Positions 50,866 to 61,217 are shown, numbered from the stretch's first letter. The stretch is DNA of 64,000 nt from Candidatus Eiseniibacteriota bacterium (GCA_963762255.1 CAVXKA010000003.1:672001-736000), one strand, 5' to 3'. Made by a program: numbers and translations. Notes: generated by a model from the letters alone, not told the origin.

Positions 50866-52113
50866 CTAGGCGAGGTAGACCGCGGGGTCCACCAGCTCGC
50901 CGGTGGCCGCGGCCACCGCCGCCGCCGCGGGGCTCAAGAGATGCACCTCGGGCAATCCCTGCCCGGGGCTCAACTGACGATGATACTCGGCGGTGGAGGC
51001 GATGCGCTCCCCCTCGCCGAAAATGGCCACTCCTCCGGCGCTCCCCGGGCCCGCGCCCGGCACACCCACCATGGCTCCCGCCTGGAGGAACGTCTCGTAG
51101 AAACCGGCCTGCAGGCACGCCCGCGCGGTCTCCAGGGTCGCCGGCGAGATCGCCAGCCGCACCGCCGGATGGACGTGTCCCGCCTTTTTCAACACCTCCG
51201 CCACCAGCGCGAGATCCTCGTAGCGTCCGCCGTAGCAGGAGCCGATGAAGGCGCCCTGGACCGGGAGGCCGCTTTTCTCGGGCAGCGGCGCGAAATTCCC
51301 CACATAGGCCGCGCCGATCACCGCGGGAAGCCCCTTCATCGCGAGCGTGACGCTCGCTTCGTAGGCATCGTCGGCCGCGGGTTCCATGTCGAGCGCCGCC
51401 GATTCGCCGCGCTCCAGGTAGAACTTCGCCAGCATCTCGTCGGGCGGGATGAGCGCGGTCGTCGCACCCATCTCGAGAAGAATCCCGCACACTCCCAACC
51501 GCAGGTTGAGCGACCACGAAGCCGTCTCGCCGACGAGTTCCACGATGCGCCCCGCGAGGCGCCCGTCGAGAGCGGCGGCGACGGCTGCCGCGATGTCGAT
51601 CGGGCCGGCCTGACGCGGCGGCTTGCCCTTGACCACGACCCGCACCGCGGAAGGCACGGTCAGGGTCGCGCGCCCCGTTCGTACGGCGCGCGCGAGGGCC
51701 TCGTCGTCGAGGTGCCACCCGAGTGCGCCGATCCCGCCGGTGACCCCGAGACACCGCCCGCAACCGGCCACGATCTGCCCGGGCATGACCCGCGCCGATT
51801 CCACCACCGCATGGGATCCGATGCCCGCGTTCAGGTCCAGCACGTGGCGGAGTCCGAACGTCTCCGCCAGCTCGCGGCAGAGCGAGCGACTGCGCGGCAC
51901 GACCGACTCCACTTCGGGCGCCACGAAATCCATGCTCAGAATGACCTGGTCGGGCGACCACGGCCCGCCCAGATCGCGCACCATGAGCAGGGTCGCCGGC
52001 GCGCGCGCCCCCGAGAGCAAGGCGCGATCGATCGCGATTTCGACGGTCTCGCCGGGTTTCACCGGCCGGCCGGCGGCGCGGGACAGAATGCGGTGGGCGA
52101 AGGCGACGCTCAA
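50866..52113 (-). CDS. Degenerate LeuC/homoaconitase large-subunit homolog
   Basis: Family-like N-terminus, IGSC..GR.EDL and LLSPAAAAVAAATG, but other active-site motifs altered. Confidence 0.8.
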   Translation of the reverse strand: MSVAFAHRILSRAAGRPVKPGETVEIAIDRALLSGARAPATLLMVRDLGGPWSPDQVILSMDFVAPEVESVVPRSRSLCRELAETFGLRHVLDLNAGIGSHAVVESARVMPGQIVAGCGRCLGVTGGIGALGWHLDDEALARAVRTGRATLTVPSAVRVVVKGKPPRQAGPIDIAAAVAAALDGRLAGRIVELVGETASWSLNLRLGVCGILLEMGATTALIPPDEMLAKFYLERGESAALDMEPAADDAYEASVTLAMKGLPAVIGAAYVGNFAPLPEKSGLPVQGAFIGSCYGGRYEDLALVAEVLKKAGHVHPAVRLAISPATLETARACLQAGFYETFLQAGAMVGVPGAGPGSAGGVAIFGEGERIASTAEYHRQLSPGQGLPEVHLLSPAAAAVAAATGELVDPAVYLA

Positions 52114-52153
52114 GTCGCGCTCCTCTCTCGATGCCCGCCCCGTCCCGACGTGC

Positions 52154-53521
52154 TCACGCCGGGATCTCCTCGAGTCGGGCGGTGAAATGCCGAAGCACCG
52201 GCGCCGCGTACGTGAGCTTGAGCCCGCGCAGGCGGTCCCGGTTCTCGTACAGCCGGATCACGATGTCGGCCACGTAGTCCATTTGCATCGTCGTGTAGAC
52301 CCGCCGAGGAATCGCCAGCCGGACCATCTCCAGGGCCGGGTAGACCGCCTTCCCGTTCTCCTCGCGGCCGAACATGAGCGAGCCGATCTCCACGGCGCGG
52401 ATGCCCCCCTCGCGATAGAGCGCGGCGGTCAGGGCCTGGGCGGGAAACTGCGATTGCGGCAGGTGGGGCAGGAAGGCCCGCGCATTCAGATAGATCGCGT
52501 GCCCCCCGAAGGGCTTCAAGACCGGCACCCCCGCCGCGGTCAGGCGTTCGCCCAGCCGGCGCACCTGGCCGACACGGTACTCCAAGTAGTCCTCGTCGAC
52601 CACCTCCTCGAGACCCCGAGCGATGGCCTCGAGGTCGCGACCTGCCAGACCTCCGTAGGTCACGAACCCCTCGAGCAGGATCAGAAGGTTGGTGACGTCC
52701 CGCGCGATCGCGTCGTCGTTGAGGCCCAGGAACCCGCCCATGTTGACGAGGCCGTCCTTCTTGGCGCTCATCGTGCAACCGTCGCCGTTGCTGAAGATCT
52801 CGCGCGCGATTTCGAGAACGCTGCGGCTCTCCTGGCCCGCCTCGCGCTGCTTGATGAACCAGGAGTTCTCGGCGAACCGGCAGGCGTCGAAGATGAGCGG
52901 CACGCCGTGGCGGCGAGTCACCTCCCGCACCCGGCGGATGTTCTCCAGGCTCACCGGTTGCCCGCCGCCGGAGTTGTTGGTGATGGTGAGCATGACCATC
53001 GGCACCTTGGCCGAACCGTGCTCGCGCAGCACGTTGTCGAGCCTCTCGACGTCCATGTTCCCCTTGAAGGGGGCGAGATTCTCGGGGTCGAGGGCCTCGC
53101 GGATCACGCAGTCGAGGGCCAGCCCTCCGTTGTGCTCCACGTTGGCCCGAGTGGTGTCGAAGTGGATGTTGTTGGGCACGATCATGCCCGGCTTCACCTT
53201 CACGGAGAAGAGCAGGTTCTCGGCCACGCGTCCCTGATGGGTGGGGATGATGTGCTTGAAGCCGAAGATGTTGCGAACGGATTTCTCGAAGCGGTAGAAG
53301 GAGCGGCTCCCCGCGTAGGCCTCGTCCCCCACCATCAACGCCGCCCACTGCCGGTCGCTCATGGCGGAGGTCCCGGAGTCGGTGAGGAGATCGATGAAGA
53401 CGTTCTCGGAGGCAATGTTGAACGTATTGAAGCCCGCCTCGCGGATGATGCGTTCGCGGTCTTCCAGCGCCGGGAGCGAGATGCGCTCCACCACCTTGAT
53501 GCGGAACGGTTCGATGAGCAT
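52154..53521 (-). CDS. tnaA: Tryptophanase (beta-eliminating lyase; tyrosine phenol-lyase not excluded)
   Basis: IDLLTDSGT, GDEAYAG, THQGR, MSAKKDG, RLAIPRRVYT. Confidence 0.85.
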   Translation of the reverse strand: MLIEPFRIKVVERISLPALEDRERIIREAGFNTFNIASENVFIDLLTDSGTSAMSDRQWAALMVGDEAYAGSRSFYRFEKSVRNIFGFKHIIPTHQGRVAENLLFSVKVKPGMIVPNNIHFDTTRANVEHNGGLALDCVIREALDPENLAPFKGNMDVERLDNVLREHGSAKVPMVMLTITNNSGGGQPVSLENIRRVREVTRRHGVPLIFDACRFAENSWFIKQREAGQESRSVLEIAREIFSNGDGCTMSAKKDGLVNMGGFLGLNDDAIARDVTNLLILLEGFVTYGGLAGRDLEAIARGLEEVVDEDYLEYRVGQVRRLGERLTAAGVPVLKPFGGHAIYLNARAFLPHLPQSQFPAQALTAALYREGGIRAVEIGSLMFGREENGKAVYPALEMVRLAIPRRVYTTMQMDYVADIVIRLYENRDRLRGLKLTYAAPVLRHFTARLEEIPA

Positions 53522-53587
53522 GGGTGTGGCGGGGACTCCGGTCCCCCCTCCTTCGGCAGCGCGAGGGGCGCACGGCCCCTCACGGGG

Positions 53588-55075
53588 TCAGTTGTTGTCG
53601 ATCTGAGCGCGCTGGAGCTTGCCGCTATAGTCGATATAGACCGACTTCCATTCGGTGAAGATGTCCAGCACGGTGTGTGAAGCCTCGCGGTGACCGTTCC
53701 CGGTCTCTTTCACCCCCCCGAAGGGAAGGTGCACTTCCGCCCCGATCGTGGGGCCGTTGATGTACGTGATGCCGGCCTCGATGTCGCGGACGGCGCGCAT
53801 GGCGCGGTTCACGTCCTGCGTGTAGATCGATGAGGAGAGACCGAAGACGGTGTCGTTCAGCACGTGGATCGCCTCTTCGAACGAGTCGACCACCAGGACC
53901 GAGAGCACCGGACCGAAGATCTCTTCCTGGGCGAGGCGCATCGAGGGTTTCACGCCCCCGAAAACGGTCGGTTCGTAGAAGAAGCCGCGATCGAAGCCCG
54001 CCCCGGCGAGCGGGCGCCCGCCGCACAGCAGCTCGGCGCCCTCCTTCTTGCCGATCTCGACATACTTCGCGACCACTTGGCGCTGCGACTCGCTCACGAG
54101 AGGACCGACCTGAACGTCCTCGTCGAGGCCGTTCCCCACGCGCAGCGCGCGGGTCGCCGCCACCAGGCGGTCGGTGAACTTCTGCGCGATCGGCCGGTGG
54201 AGGATGAGCCGACTCGTGGCGGTGCAGCGCTGACCGGTGGTGCCGAACGCACCCCAGAGGATTCCCTCCAGAGCGAGATCCATGTTGGCGTCGTCCATCA
54301 CGATCTGCGCGTTCTTTCCACCCAACTCCAGCGAGACACGCTTCAAGGACTTGCCGCACTGCTCGGCAAGCCCCTTGCCGATGTCGGAGGATCCGGTGAA
54401 GGAGATCACGCGGACGTCGGGGTGCGTCACCAGCGGTGTACCCACGCGCGATCCCCGTCCCGTAAGGAAGTTCACGACACCGGAGGGAATCCCGGCGTCG
54501 GCCAGCGCGGCCACGAATCGCGCGGCGGAGGCCGGAGTGTCGGTCGCGGGCTTGAACACCACGGTGTTCCCGCACACGAGCGCCGGGAAGATCTTCCACG
54601 ATGGAATCGCCATCGGGAAGTTCCACGGCGTGATCATCGCGCAGACCCCGATCGGCATGCGGAAGCTCATGCACATCTTGTTGGGGAGTTCCGAGGGCGT
54701 GGTGTCGCCGTAGAGGCGGCGGCCCTCACCCGCGGCGAAGAACCCGCAGTCGATCGCCTCTTGCACATCGCCCCGAGCCTCGGTCAGGACTTTTCCCATC
54801 TCCCGAGTCATGGTCCGGGCGAGGTCTTCCTTCCGCTCCTGGAGGAGCCGGGCCGCTCCCTGGACGATCTCGGCACGCTTGGGGGCGGGGACGAGGCGCC
54901 ATTCGTCAAAGGCGCGGCGCGCCGCGGCCACCGCGGCATGGACGTCCTCTTCGGTGGAATCCTGAAAGAGACCGACAAGATCGTCGTGATCCGCGGGGTT
55001 TCGATTCTCAAAAGTCTTTCCCGACCGCGCGGGCACCCAACGCCCATCGATCAGATTCAGAAATGTCTCCGCCAT
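53588..55075 (-). CDS. Aldehyde dehydrogenase family protein
   Basis: ITPWNFP, FTGS, LELGGKN, GQRCTA, EEIFGP. Confidence 0.94.
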   Translation of the reverse strand: MAETFLNLIDGRWVPARSGKTFENRNPADHDDLVGLFQDSTEEDVHAAVAAARRAFDEWRLVPAPKRAEIVQGAARLLQERKEDLARTMTREMGKVLTEARGDVQEAIDCGFFAAGEGRRLYGDTTPSELPNKMCMSFRMPIGVCAMITPWNFPMAIPSWKIFPALVCGNTVVFKPATDTPASAARFVAALADAGIPSGVVNFLTGRGSRVGTPLVTHPDVRVISFTGSSDIGKGLAEQCGKSLKRVSLELGGKNAQIVMDDANMDLALEGILWGAFGTTGQRCTATSRLILHRPIAQKFTDRLVAATRALRVGNGLDEDVQVGPLVSESQRQVVAKYVEIGKKEGAELLCGGRPLAGAGFDRGFFYEPTVFGGVKPSMRLAQEEIFGPVLSVLVVDSFEEAIHVLNDTVFGLSSSIYTQDVNRAMRAVRDIEAGITYINGPTIGAEVHLPFGGVKETGNGHREASHTVLDIFTEWKSVYIDYSGKLQRAQIDNN

Positions 55076-55236
55076 CTCTCTCCTCCCACCGCACACCGTC
55101 TCAACCCGCCGCGGCGGCGCGCCGGCTGAGCGGGACATCGAGCGGATTCATCTCGCAAGGGAAACGCACCCACGCCGCGAGGCCGCGGGGTCGAGGCGGC
55201 CAGGCAGCTCCACGAGTGCGCCGCGTCGCGCCGCGG

Positions 55237-57018
55237 TCAGCGGACGATTACGAAACGGCCGGTGGCCGTCTCCCCCGACGCCTCCACGCGATAGAGGTAG
55301 ATCCCCGGAGCGACATCTTTTCCACCGTCATTCTTGAGATCCCAGTCCAGGGAGTCGTCGCCCTCCTCATGGCTCAAGCTGCGGACAAGGTCCCCGGACA
55401 CCGTGTAGACGTCGACTTTGGCCCGTGAAGGCAAATTGACGAACTGAACCCGGGGCTCGCCCGGAAAGGTCTGTTTCTCGGCCGCCGCATGGGGGTTGTA
55501 CGGATTGGGAACGACCCTCACCTCGCCTAGGAGCGGCGTTTCCACCCGCGCCGTCTTGCCGGGGTAGAGGGGGTTGTTCTCGTACATCCCCTCCTCGATG
55601 GTCTGACGTTCGAAGATCTCCGCCCGAGGAGGATTGGTGATCGGGTCGAGATGGGCGGCGAACCACGTAATCGAGTACCAGTAGGCGAACCCGTTGAAGG
55701 GTCCCTCGAGGGGCTCCAACGCGCCTGTCGGCTCATCGGGCCGCAAAGGGTCCCGTCCCGTTCCGCGGGTAATGATCGAGTCGGGGTCGACGAATCGCCT
55801 CGGCCCACCCACCCCAAAAGTCCAGGTCGAGTCCAGGAGCGAATAGGTCCGCAGAAGTTGGGCGGCGGACGGATCGGAACTCGTTCCTCTCCAGATCTGA
55901 TAGCCGGCGAAGGCCGTATCGGACTGAGTGAGCGTGTAGCGAACGACGCCGGCAGCACCATCCGCTTCCGCCCGACTTACGCGCGCCTGCGTCTCGATGT
56001 AGGTACCCTCCCAACCGCTCGATAGGGCCCGACGCACCGTCATCCGGAGCGGGGCCAGCGCGGGTTGGCTGTCCGCCAAGAGCACGGATTGGTAATTCGT
56101 CAACTGCACGGTTGTCCCGGAAAGCACGACACTGCCGGTGACCGCCGCCACCCGACCGATCGCGTTGAGCGGGGCCTGGGTGAGTCCGTAGACGTTGATG
56201 CCACGACCGGATCCGTCCTGGATATAGCCGCTGGGCACATCGGTGCGCGCACCCACGGGGACGAAGACCTGTCCGATCACGGTCACCGGACCCGCGGCGA
56301 ACGAGGCCGGGTTGGCCTGGATCTGATCGATGTTTACGACCGATCCCGCCACAGTCTGGAAGGCCGCAGGACTCCCGCCGCTGAGAGCCGCGCCGTCTGC
56401 GCCGGTGACGCCGGAGACCGCGACCGAATAGCCGGTCGCGCTCGGCAGGGCGGCCGATGTCCGGAGGATCACGGTCTGCCCGTTCTGCTGGAGCCGCGCC
56501 GCCTGCACGGTGAGGCTCGGCGTGAACGCGTAGTTCTGCGCGAGCACGGCTTGCTGGGCATTCACCGGCCGACTGAAGGTGACCGCCACATAGTCCCGGC
56601 CGTACTGGAAGGCTCCAACAAGTACGAAGGCCGCCGGGTATTGAACCTCAGGCCTCGCCCCAGGTACGAAGATGTCGCGCCGCGCTCCCACCAGAAGCTG
56701 GTAGTTGCCCGGGCGCTGCCCTCCTGCGCCGGCTCCACCGAGCAAGCCGCCCAGCACCGCGGAGGAAGACGGAAACCCCAGGCTGTTGGGGACGACGAGC
56801 TGCAGCGTCGGGATGTCCTGGCGTTGGGCCGGAGTCACCGTATCCCCGGGGGCTGCATTCCACTCGATCTGGACCTTCCGGTCGCCCGAGCTCGCGGCGG
56901 TGATCTGCACCGATTGAGCGCGCGCGGCGACAGCGGTCAACAACACCGTGGCGATGGGAACCAGAAGGGTGACGAACGCCGTCCGAATCCCATGGCGCAA
57001 ACGATCCTGCTTGATCAC
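55237..57018 (-). CDS. Secreted protein with Ig-like and OB-fold regions and FlgD-Ig CTD
   Basis: AGGAG RBS, GTG start, signal peptide; VTFSRPV, YIQDGSGRGINVY, VVPNPY...WDLKNDGG...GIYLY. Confidence 0.75.
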   Translation of the reverse strand: MIKQDRLRHGIRTAFVTLLVPIATVLLTAVAARAQSVQITAASSGDRKVQIEWNAAPGDTVTPAQRQDIPTLQLVVPNSLGFPSSSAVLGGLLGGAGAGGQRPGNYQLLVGARRDIFVPGARPEVQYPAAFVLVGAFQYGRDYVAVTFSRPVNAQQAVLAQNYAFTPSLTVQAARLQQNGQTVILRTSAALPSATGYSVAVSGVTGADGAALSGGSPAAFQTVAGSVVNIDQIQANPASFAAGPVTVIGQVFVPVGARTDVPSGYIQDGSGRGINVYGLTQAPLNAIGRVAAVTGSVVLSGTTVQLTNYQSVLLADSQPALAPLRMTVRRALSSGWEGTYIETQARVSRAEADGAAGVVRYTLTQSDTAFAGYQIWRGTSSDPSAAQLLRTYSLLDSTWTFGVGGPRRFVDPDSIITRGTGRDPLRPDEPTGALEPLEGPFNGFAYWYSITWFAAHLDPITNPPRAEIFERQTIEEGMYENNPLYPGKTARVETPLLGEVRVVPNPYNPHAAAEKQTFPGEPRVQFVNLPSRAKVDVYTVSGDLVRSLSHEEGDDSLDWDLKNDGGKDVAPGIYLYRVEASGETATGRFVIVR

Positions 57019-57119
57019 GACGATACTCCTAGCCCGAGCCGACATCGGCTCAACATGCCGAGGCGCCCCGCCCATCTCTGGACACGGGCGCCTCCCCTGA
57101 CCTCAGAACCATGCGCCCC

Positions 57120-59294
57120 CTACGGGTTGGCGGTTGGGGGCTGCTCCTCGCGGAACCAATCGATGGCGCGGTTGAAGGTCTCCTGCGCCTGGTCCTTCTT
57201 CATGAAGTACAACTGGAACCCGAACCACTGCGTCCGACCGTGTGGACGCGCCAAGTCGGGGTCGTGCCACCGCACGGCGTTGAGCTTGTTGTTATAGGTG
57301 CTACTGGACTTCTTGGCTTGATAGGCGAAGAGCGAGTCAATGACCCCGGTGTAGCCCGCGTCGTAGGTGTAGATCGCCTCGAAGACCGCCTCCTGGTGAC
57401 TGATCGAACCCTTATAGGGGCTGATCTTGAGCGGATCCATATCCATCTGAGGGTAGATCACGGGTTCCCCCGGGAAGGGCTTGACCCCGATCATGTTGTC
57501 ATTGGGCACTGTGCCCCTGCCATTCATGATGCGGTCCGAGGCGAGCTTCATGAACTGGAAAGCAAAGGAGTTGGGCTCATCGTTGACATTCTTGGGGTAG
57601 GTCAAGTCGGCTTTCCCGTTGCCCCCGGCCGGCATCATCGGCGGAACGGTCATCGCTCCCCCGATCCACACCTTCCCCCCCGCGCTGAGGTACGCGCCGA
57701 GGAAGCGCCTCAGGGACGTGACCGCGATCAGTCCGGTAGCACCGTCGTAGCCGCTGCCGTAGCACTCCCAGACGACCAGCTTGTAGCGACCCAACTGCTC
57801 CAGCGTGGGTGGGATCGGCGCCGGGCTGAAGACGTCGCCCGGACCGTGGATATCGAAGGTGAAGAAGTCGGTGTCCATATCGAAGCGGCCGGAATCCTGA
57901 AACAGGGACAGCCAGAACGCGTCGCTCTGGTCGTCCTCGGGGTAGGTCGTTTCACGGCTGTCATCCACCAAGAGGACCTCTCGATCCAGCGAGAAATCCA
58001 GCACCTTCATGATCAGGGTCGCCATCGCGATCTTCCCGGAGAGGTCCCGAGCCCGCACATAGAGCACATGAATCCCCGGCTTCGTGAAGACGATGGGTTG
58101 GATGTTGCTCTTAATCTGACCCCAACCGCTCCACCCGGAATTGGGACCCTCACGCTCGAGATCGGGGATGTCGAGCCCCCAACTGTAGCCCTCGATGGTC
58201 CCACCGTAATCATCGGCGTTGCCGGTCCAGGTGAAGCGCAGCTTCGCGCCTACTGGAACCTCTACGGTGAAGGCGGTTCCGGCGCCGCGAAACAGGAAGG
58301 TCCCCAACGAGGGTTCGGTAAGCGTCAGGTACGGGTTGCCGCTTCCCGCCAACGCCTGGAACCTGAATACATTGCGCCCGAATTCCAGGAAGGGCTCCAC
58401 CGCCCCCGCCTCGTCGACGGCGCGCACGCCGAACAGGTAGCTTCCCGGGACCGCCAGGAATAACGTCTTGCTGAGCGTGTCGCCCCGCTGGTACGTCCAG
58501 GTCGGATCGCCCTTCGTATACAAGTGGGTGGGATTGGCTGAGAGAATCGGGAGCGCCGGCACCAGCGTGTCCAGCCGAAGGAGCTTATAGACGTACCCGA
58601 CCGGCTTCTTACGGGGGTCCGAGGAGTCCGGATCGATGCCGTCCCAGGCCACCGTCACCGAAGTGCCCAGGGCCAGCGGTTGATCCGAGATGACCGGTCT
58701 GGAGATCGTGGCCTTCGGCGTGATCGTGAACGCGCGGTAGCCGATGCGGTCGAACTTGGAGTACGCCCCGTCATCGTCCATCGCACGCAAGTACACGGCG
58801 TGGAGTCCCGAGAAAGTATCCGCCGGCCCCCGGCCCGATGATCCAATCGAGATCGTGTCCGCTACGGGGGTCATGAACGCGAAGGACCGGCTGAACTCGA
58901 TGGTCTCGATCCACCGGAAGGAATAGGTGTTCCCGTCCACCGATCGAGACACCACAAGCGTGTCCTGACGATCGGAGGGACCCGGCAGGATCCGAATCGA
59001 AATGTCGGCGAACCTCTCGGGGTACGCGATCATGGAATCCGTGAATCCCTCAGAGGGCGGATCGACCGCGTACTCGAAGTGCTGGATGATCCCGTCGAAG
59101 TCCCATCCGCTCCAGTACACGCGGGCGGTGTACGCGGCCAGGCTCCCGGTGAGAGGCCCCCCGGTGATCTGGACGGTCGGCGGCTGGTTGAGGATCAGAT
59201 TGTCCTTCTCGTGGCCGCACCCGGCCGCGAGTCCTAGGAATACGATGCATACCAGGATGGGCAGCACGCCTGGCAGTCGATGGCTCTTCATCAT
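57120..59294 (-). CDS. Large lipoprotein with repeated FN3-like modules
   Basis: Lipobox LAAGC; repeated W.G.D.D / VRA.D..G modules. Confidence 0.75.
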   Translation of the reverse strand: MMKSHRLPGVLPILVCIVFLGLAAGCGHEKDNLILNQPPTVQITGGPLTGSLAAYTARVYWSGWDFDGIIQHFEYAVDPPSEGFTDSMIAYPERFADISIRILPGPSDRQDTLVVSRSVDGNTYSFRWIETIEFSRSFAFMTPVADTISIGSSGRGPADTFSGLHAVYLRAMDDDGAYSKFDRIGYRAFTITPKATISRPVISDQPLALGTSVTVAWDGIDPDSSDPRKKPVGYVYKLLRLDTLVPALPILSANPTHLYTKGDPTWTYQRGDTLSKTLFLAVPGSYLFGVRAVDEAGAVEPFLEFGRNVFRFQALAGSGNPYLTLTEPSLGTFLFRGAGTAFTVEVPVGAKLRFTWTGNADDYGGTIEGYSWGLDIPDLEREGPNSGWSGWGQIKSNIQPIVFTKPGIHVLYVRARDLSGKIAMATLIMKVLDFSLDREVLLVDDSRETTYPEDDQSDAFWLSLFQDSGRFDMDTDFFTFDIHGPGDVFSPAPIPPTLEQLGRYKLVVWECYGSGYDGATGLIAVTSLRRFLGAYLSAGGKVWIGGAMTVPPMMPAGGNGKADLTYPKNVNDEPNSFAFQFMKLASDRIMNGRGTVPNDNMIGVKPFPGEPVIYPQMDMDPLKISPYKGSISHQEAVFEAIYTYDAGYTGVIDSLFAYQAKKSSSTYNNKLNAVRWHDPDLARPHGRTQWFGFQLYFMKKDQAQETFNRAIDWFREEQPPTANP

Positions 59295-59304
59295 GACGCT
59301 CACC

Positions 59305-60990
59305 TCACTGCTCAAGGGTGACTCGGAAAGCGAACGAGAGACTCGTGACCCGCCCCGACGCGTCGCGCGCCGTCAGTTCCAGGGTGTTGACCCCGGGGCG
59401 GATGACGTTGGCGCCGCCGGCCGGCGATACCGGATACGACCGTTCCCCGGGAGCATCCAGAGAATCCGTCGGTTCGTACCCGCCGGTCGCGCCGTTCAGC
59501 TTCGCCGAGTACTCTTCGACGTGGCTGAGTTCCTCCTCGACGACCCGGTTGATCTCGAGGGCATGGGAGTTGGGGGGCGGTTCGTGAATGTCCAAGGCCA
59601 CGAACCGGATCTGGAACTCGGGGTACGTGCCGTCACCATTCCGTGGGATGGTGACCGAGACGGTGTCGGGTCGGCCGCCGCCGGGCTTTGGCACCCAGAG
59701 CGGTTGTTCGGCCCCCTGGGCGTCGAGATACGTCACCGACACGAAGAAGGCGTTGTAGTTGACCTTCACCACGAGGGTGTCGGGATTCCCCCACCGGCCC
59801 AACAGATCGCGGGCACGGATAAGGAACATGTAGTCCCCGGACTTGAGATCTCTCGCCGCGCTGAGGGCAAAGCTGTTGATGGCGGGAAACGGTTTCCAAC
59901 TCCCGAACCGGACACCCGTACTGTCGTAGGCCGGTCCGCCACCATTGGTCAACTTGCGGTAGCTATAGGAACTGATGTCGTAGTCGCTGCCGGGATTCAC
60001 CCTCGCGTCCCGATGATCATCGAACGCGGTGTAGCTGAACACGATTTCCCGACCGGCGCCGGTGAGATCGGACAGGGTCGTCCCGCTTGGATAGATCTTG
60101 CCTGTGCTGAACTCGCGGAAAACGCGCGCACGGACCGGAGTCGTCTCCTCGCGGGGGTCCACGATCCAAGTCACCGGGTTGAAGTTGACGATCACCGAGC
60201 GGACGGAATCCGGCTGGGTCTTGGCGCCGGCGTCATCGATGGACCGCACCTGCAAGACCTCACTGCCGCTGAAGTAGACCAGCTTCCCTCCGCTCAGCTT
60301 GGGAGTGAAGTCGCGCGAGAAGCTTGTGTCGGCGAGCGAGCCGCCGCGGAAGCCGAGGTCCGTGCTCGATCGGAACTCGTACCCCACCACATAACCGCCA
60401 TCATCCAGGTCGAAGCCGTCCCAGCTTGCCGAGATCGCCCCTCCCACACCGATGGTGTCGGTGGGATTGTACCGGTCGTTCGAACGGAGGACCAGGCGGC
60501 GCGGATTTCCGGCCCGGTCGGTCCATGTGCCCTCGGAGGCTTTGAACCGGACGCCCGGGAAATTGAAATCGTGGGCGACGAAGTAGGCCCAGGCGGGAGA
60601 GGGGTCCACCTTGCCTTCGTTGTCCACGGCGCGAACATAGAACCGGTGCCCCAGAAGCTGCGGGTTGTCCGCAGTGAGCACGAAGACGCTGTCGGTGCTG
60701 GTCGTCCGGTAATAGCCGGCAAACCCCGGGGTGTCCTCCCCTGGGACCTTGTTGGAATCGGTGACTGAGTACTCGTAGTGGTCGATCAGGCCGTCGGGAT
60801 CTTCACCGTTCCAGAACAGTCGGATGCGGTAGTAGGCGAGGGAACTCTCCGCCGGGGCGCGCGAGATGTAGGTCTCAGGAGGCAGATTTCGATCGAAGGT
60901 CGACGGCGTCTCGCGACGGCAGCTCCAAAGGAAGAGAAGACCGGGAAGGCATGCCCAGCCCAGAAGCCCCCCCCAGCGCGAAACCTTCAT
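59305..60990 (-). CDS. Large lipoprotein with repeated FN3-like modules (related to neighbour)
   Basis: Lipobox LWSC; NLPPETYI, FWNGEDPDG, YVRAVDNEG. Confidence 0.75.
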   Translation of the reverse strand: MKVSRWGGLLGWACLPGLLFLWSCRRETPSTFDRNLPPETYISRAPAESSLAYYRIRLFWNGEDPDGLIDHYEYSVTDSNKVPGEDTPGFAGYYRTTSTDSVFVLTADNPQLLGHRFYVRAVDNEGKVDPSPAWAYFVAHDFNFPGVRFKASEGTWTDRAGNPRRLVLRSNDRYNPTDTIGVGGAISASWDGFDLDDGGYVVGYEFRSSTDLGFRGGSLADTSFSRDFTPKLSGGKLVYFSGSEVLQVRSIDDAGAKTQPDSVRSVIVNFNPVTWIVDPREETTPVRARVFREFSTGKIYPSGTTLSDLTGAGREIVFSYTAFDDHRDARVNPGSDYDISSYSYRKLTNGGGPAYDSTGVRFGSWKPFPAINSFALSAARDLKSGDYMFLIRARDLLGRWGNPDTLVVKVNYNAFFVSVTYLDAQGAEQPLWVPKPGGGRPDTVSVTIPRNGDGTYPEFQIRFVALDIHEPPPNSHALEINRVVEEELSHVEEYSAKLNGATGGYEPTDSLDAPGERSYPVSPAGGANVIRPGVNTLELTARDASGRVTSLSFAFRVTLEQ

Positions 60991-61059
60991 GAAACACTAG
61001 CTCCTTTCGAACGAGCACAAAACGCCTCCGCAGCTAGGGTTGCCTCCCTGAAACAACGG

Positions 61060-61088
61060 AAAGTACCAAAGGCGTTCAGCACTGTCAA
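61060..61088 (-). promoter_or_regulatory. Sigma70-type promoter for the lipoprotein operon
   Basis: TTGACA-17-TACTTT. Confidence 0.65.
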
Positions 61089-61122
61089 GTCCTCGGCCGC
61101 GGCGCCTCGTCGGAGGCGGCGC

Positions 61123-61163
61123 AAAAAAGCAAGGGGCTGGAGGCCAAGCCTCCAACCCCTTGC
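61123..61163 (-). terminator. Rho-independent terminator
   Basis: GCAAGGGGTTGGAGGC / GCCTCCAGCCCCTTGC stem followed by TTTTTT. Confidence 0.85.
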
Positions 61164-61217
61164 GAACCAACTTACCGAACTTGATCCGGCAGCCGCCGGA
61201 TCGGCAGCTAACTGAGA

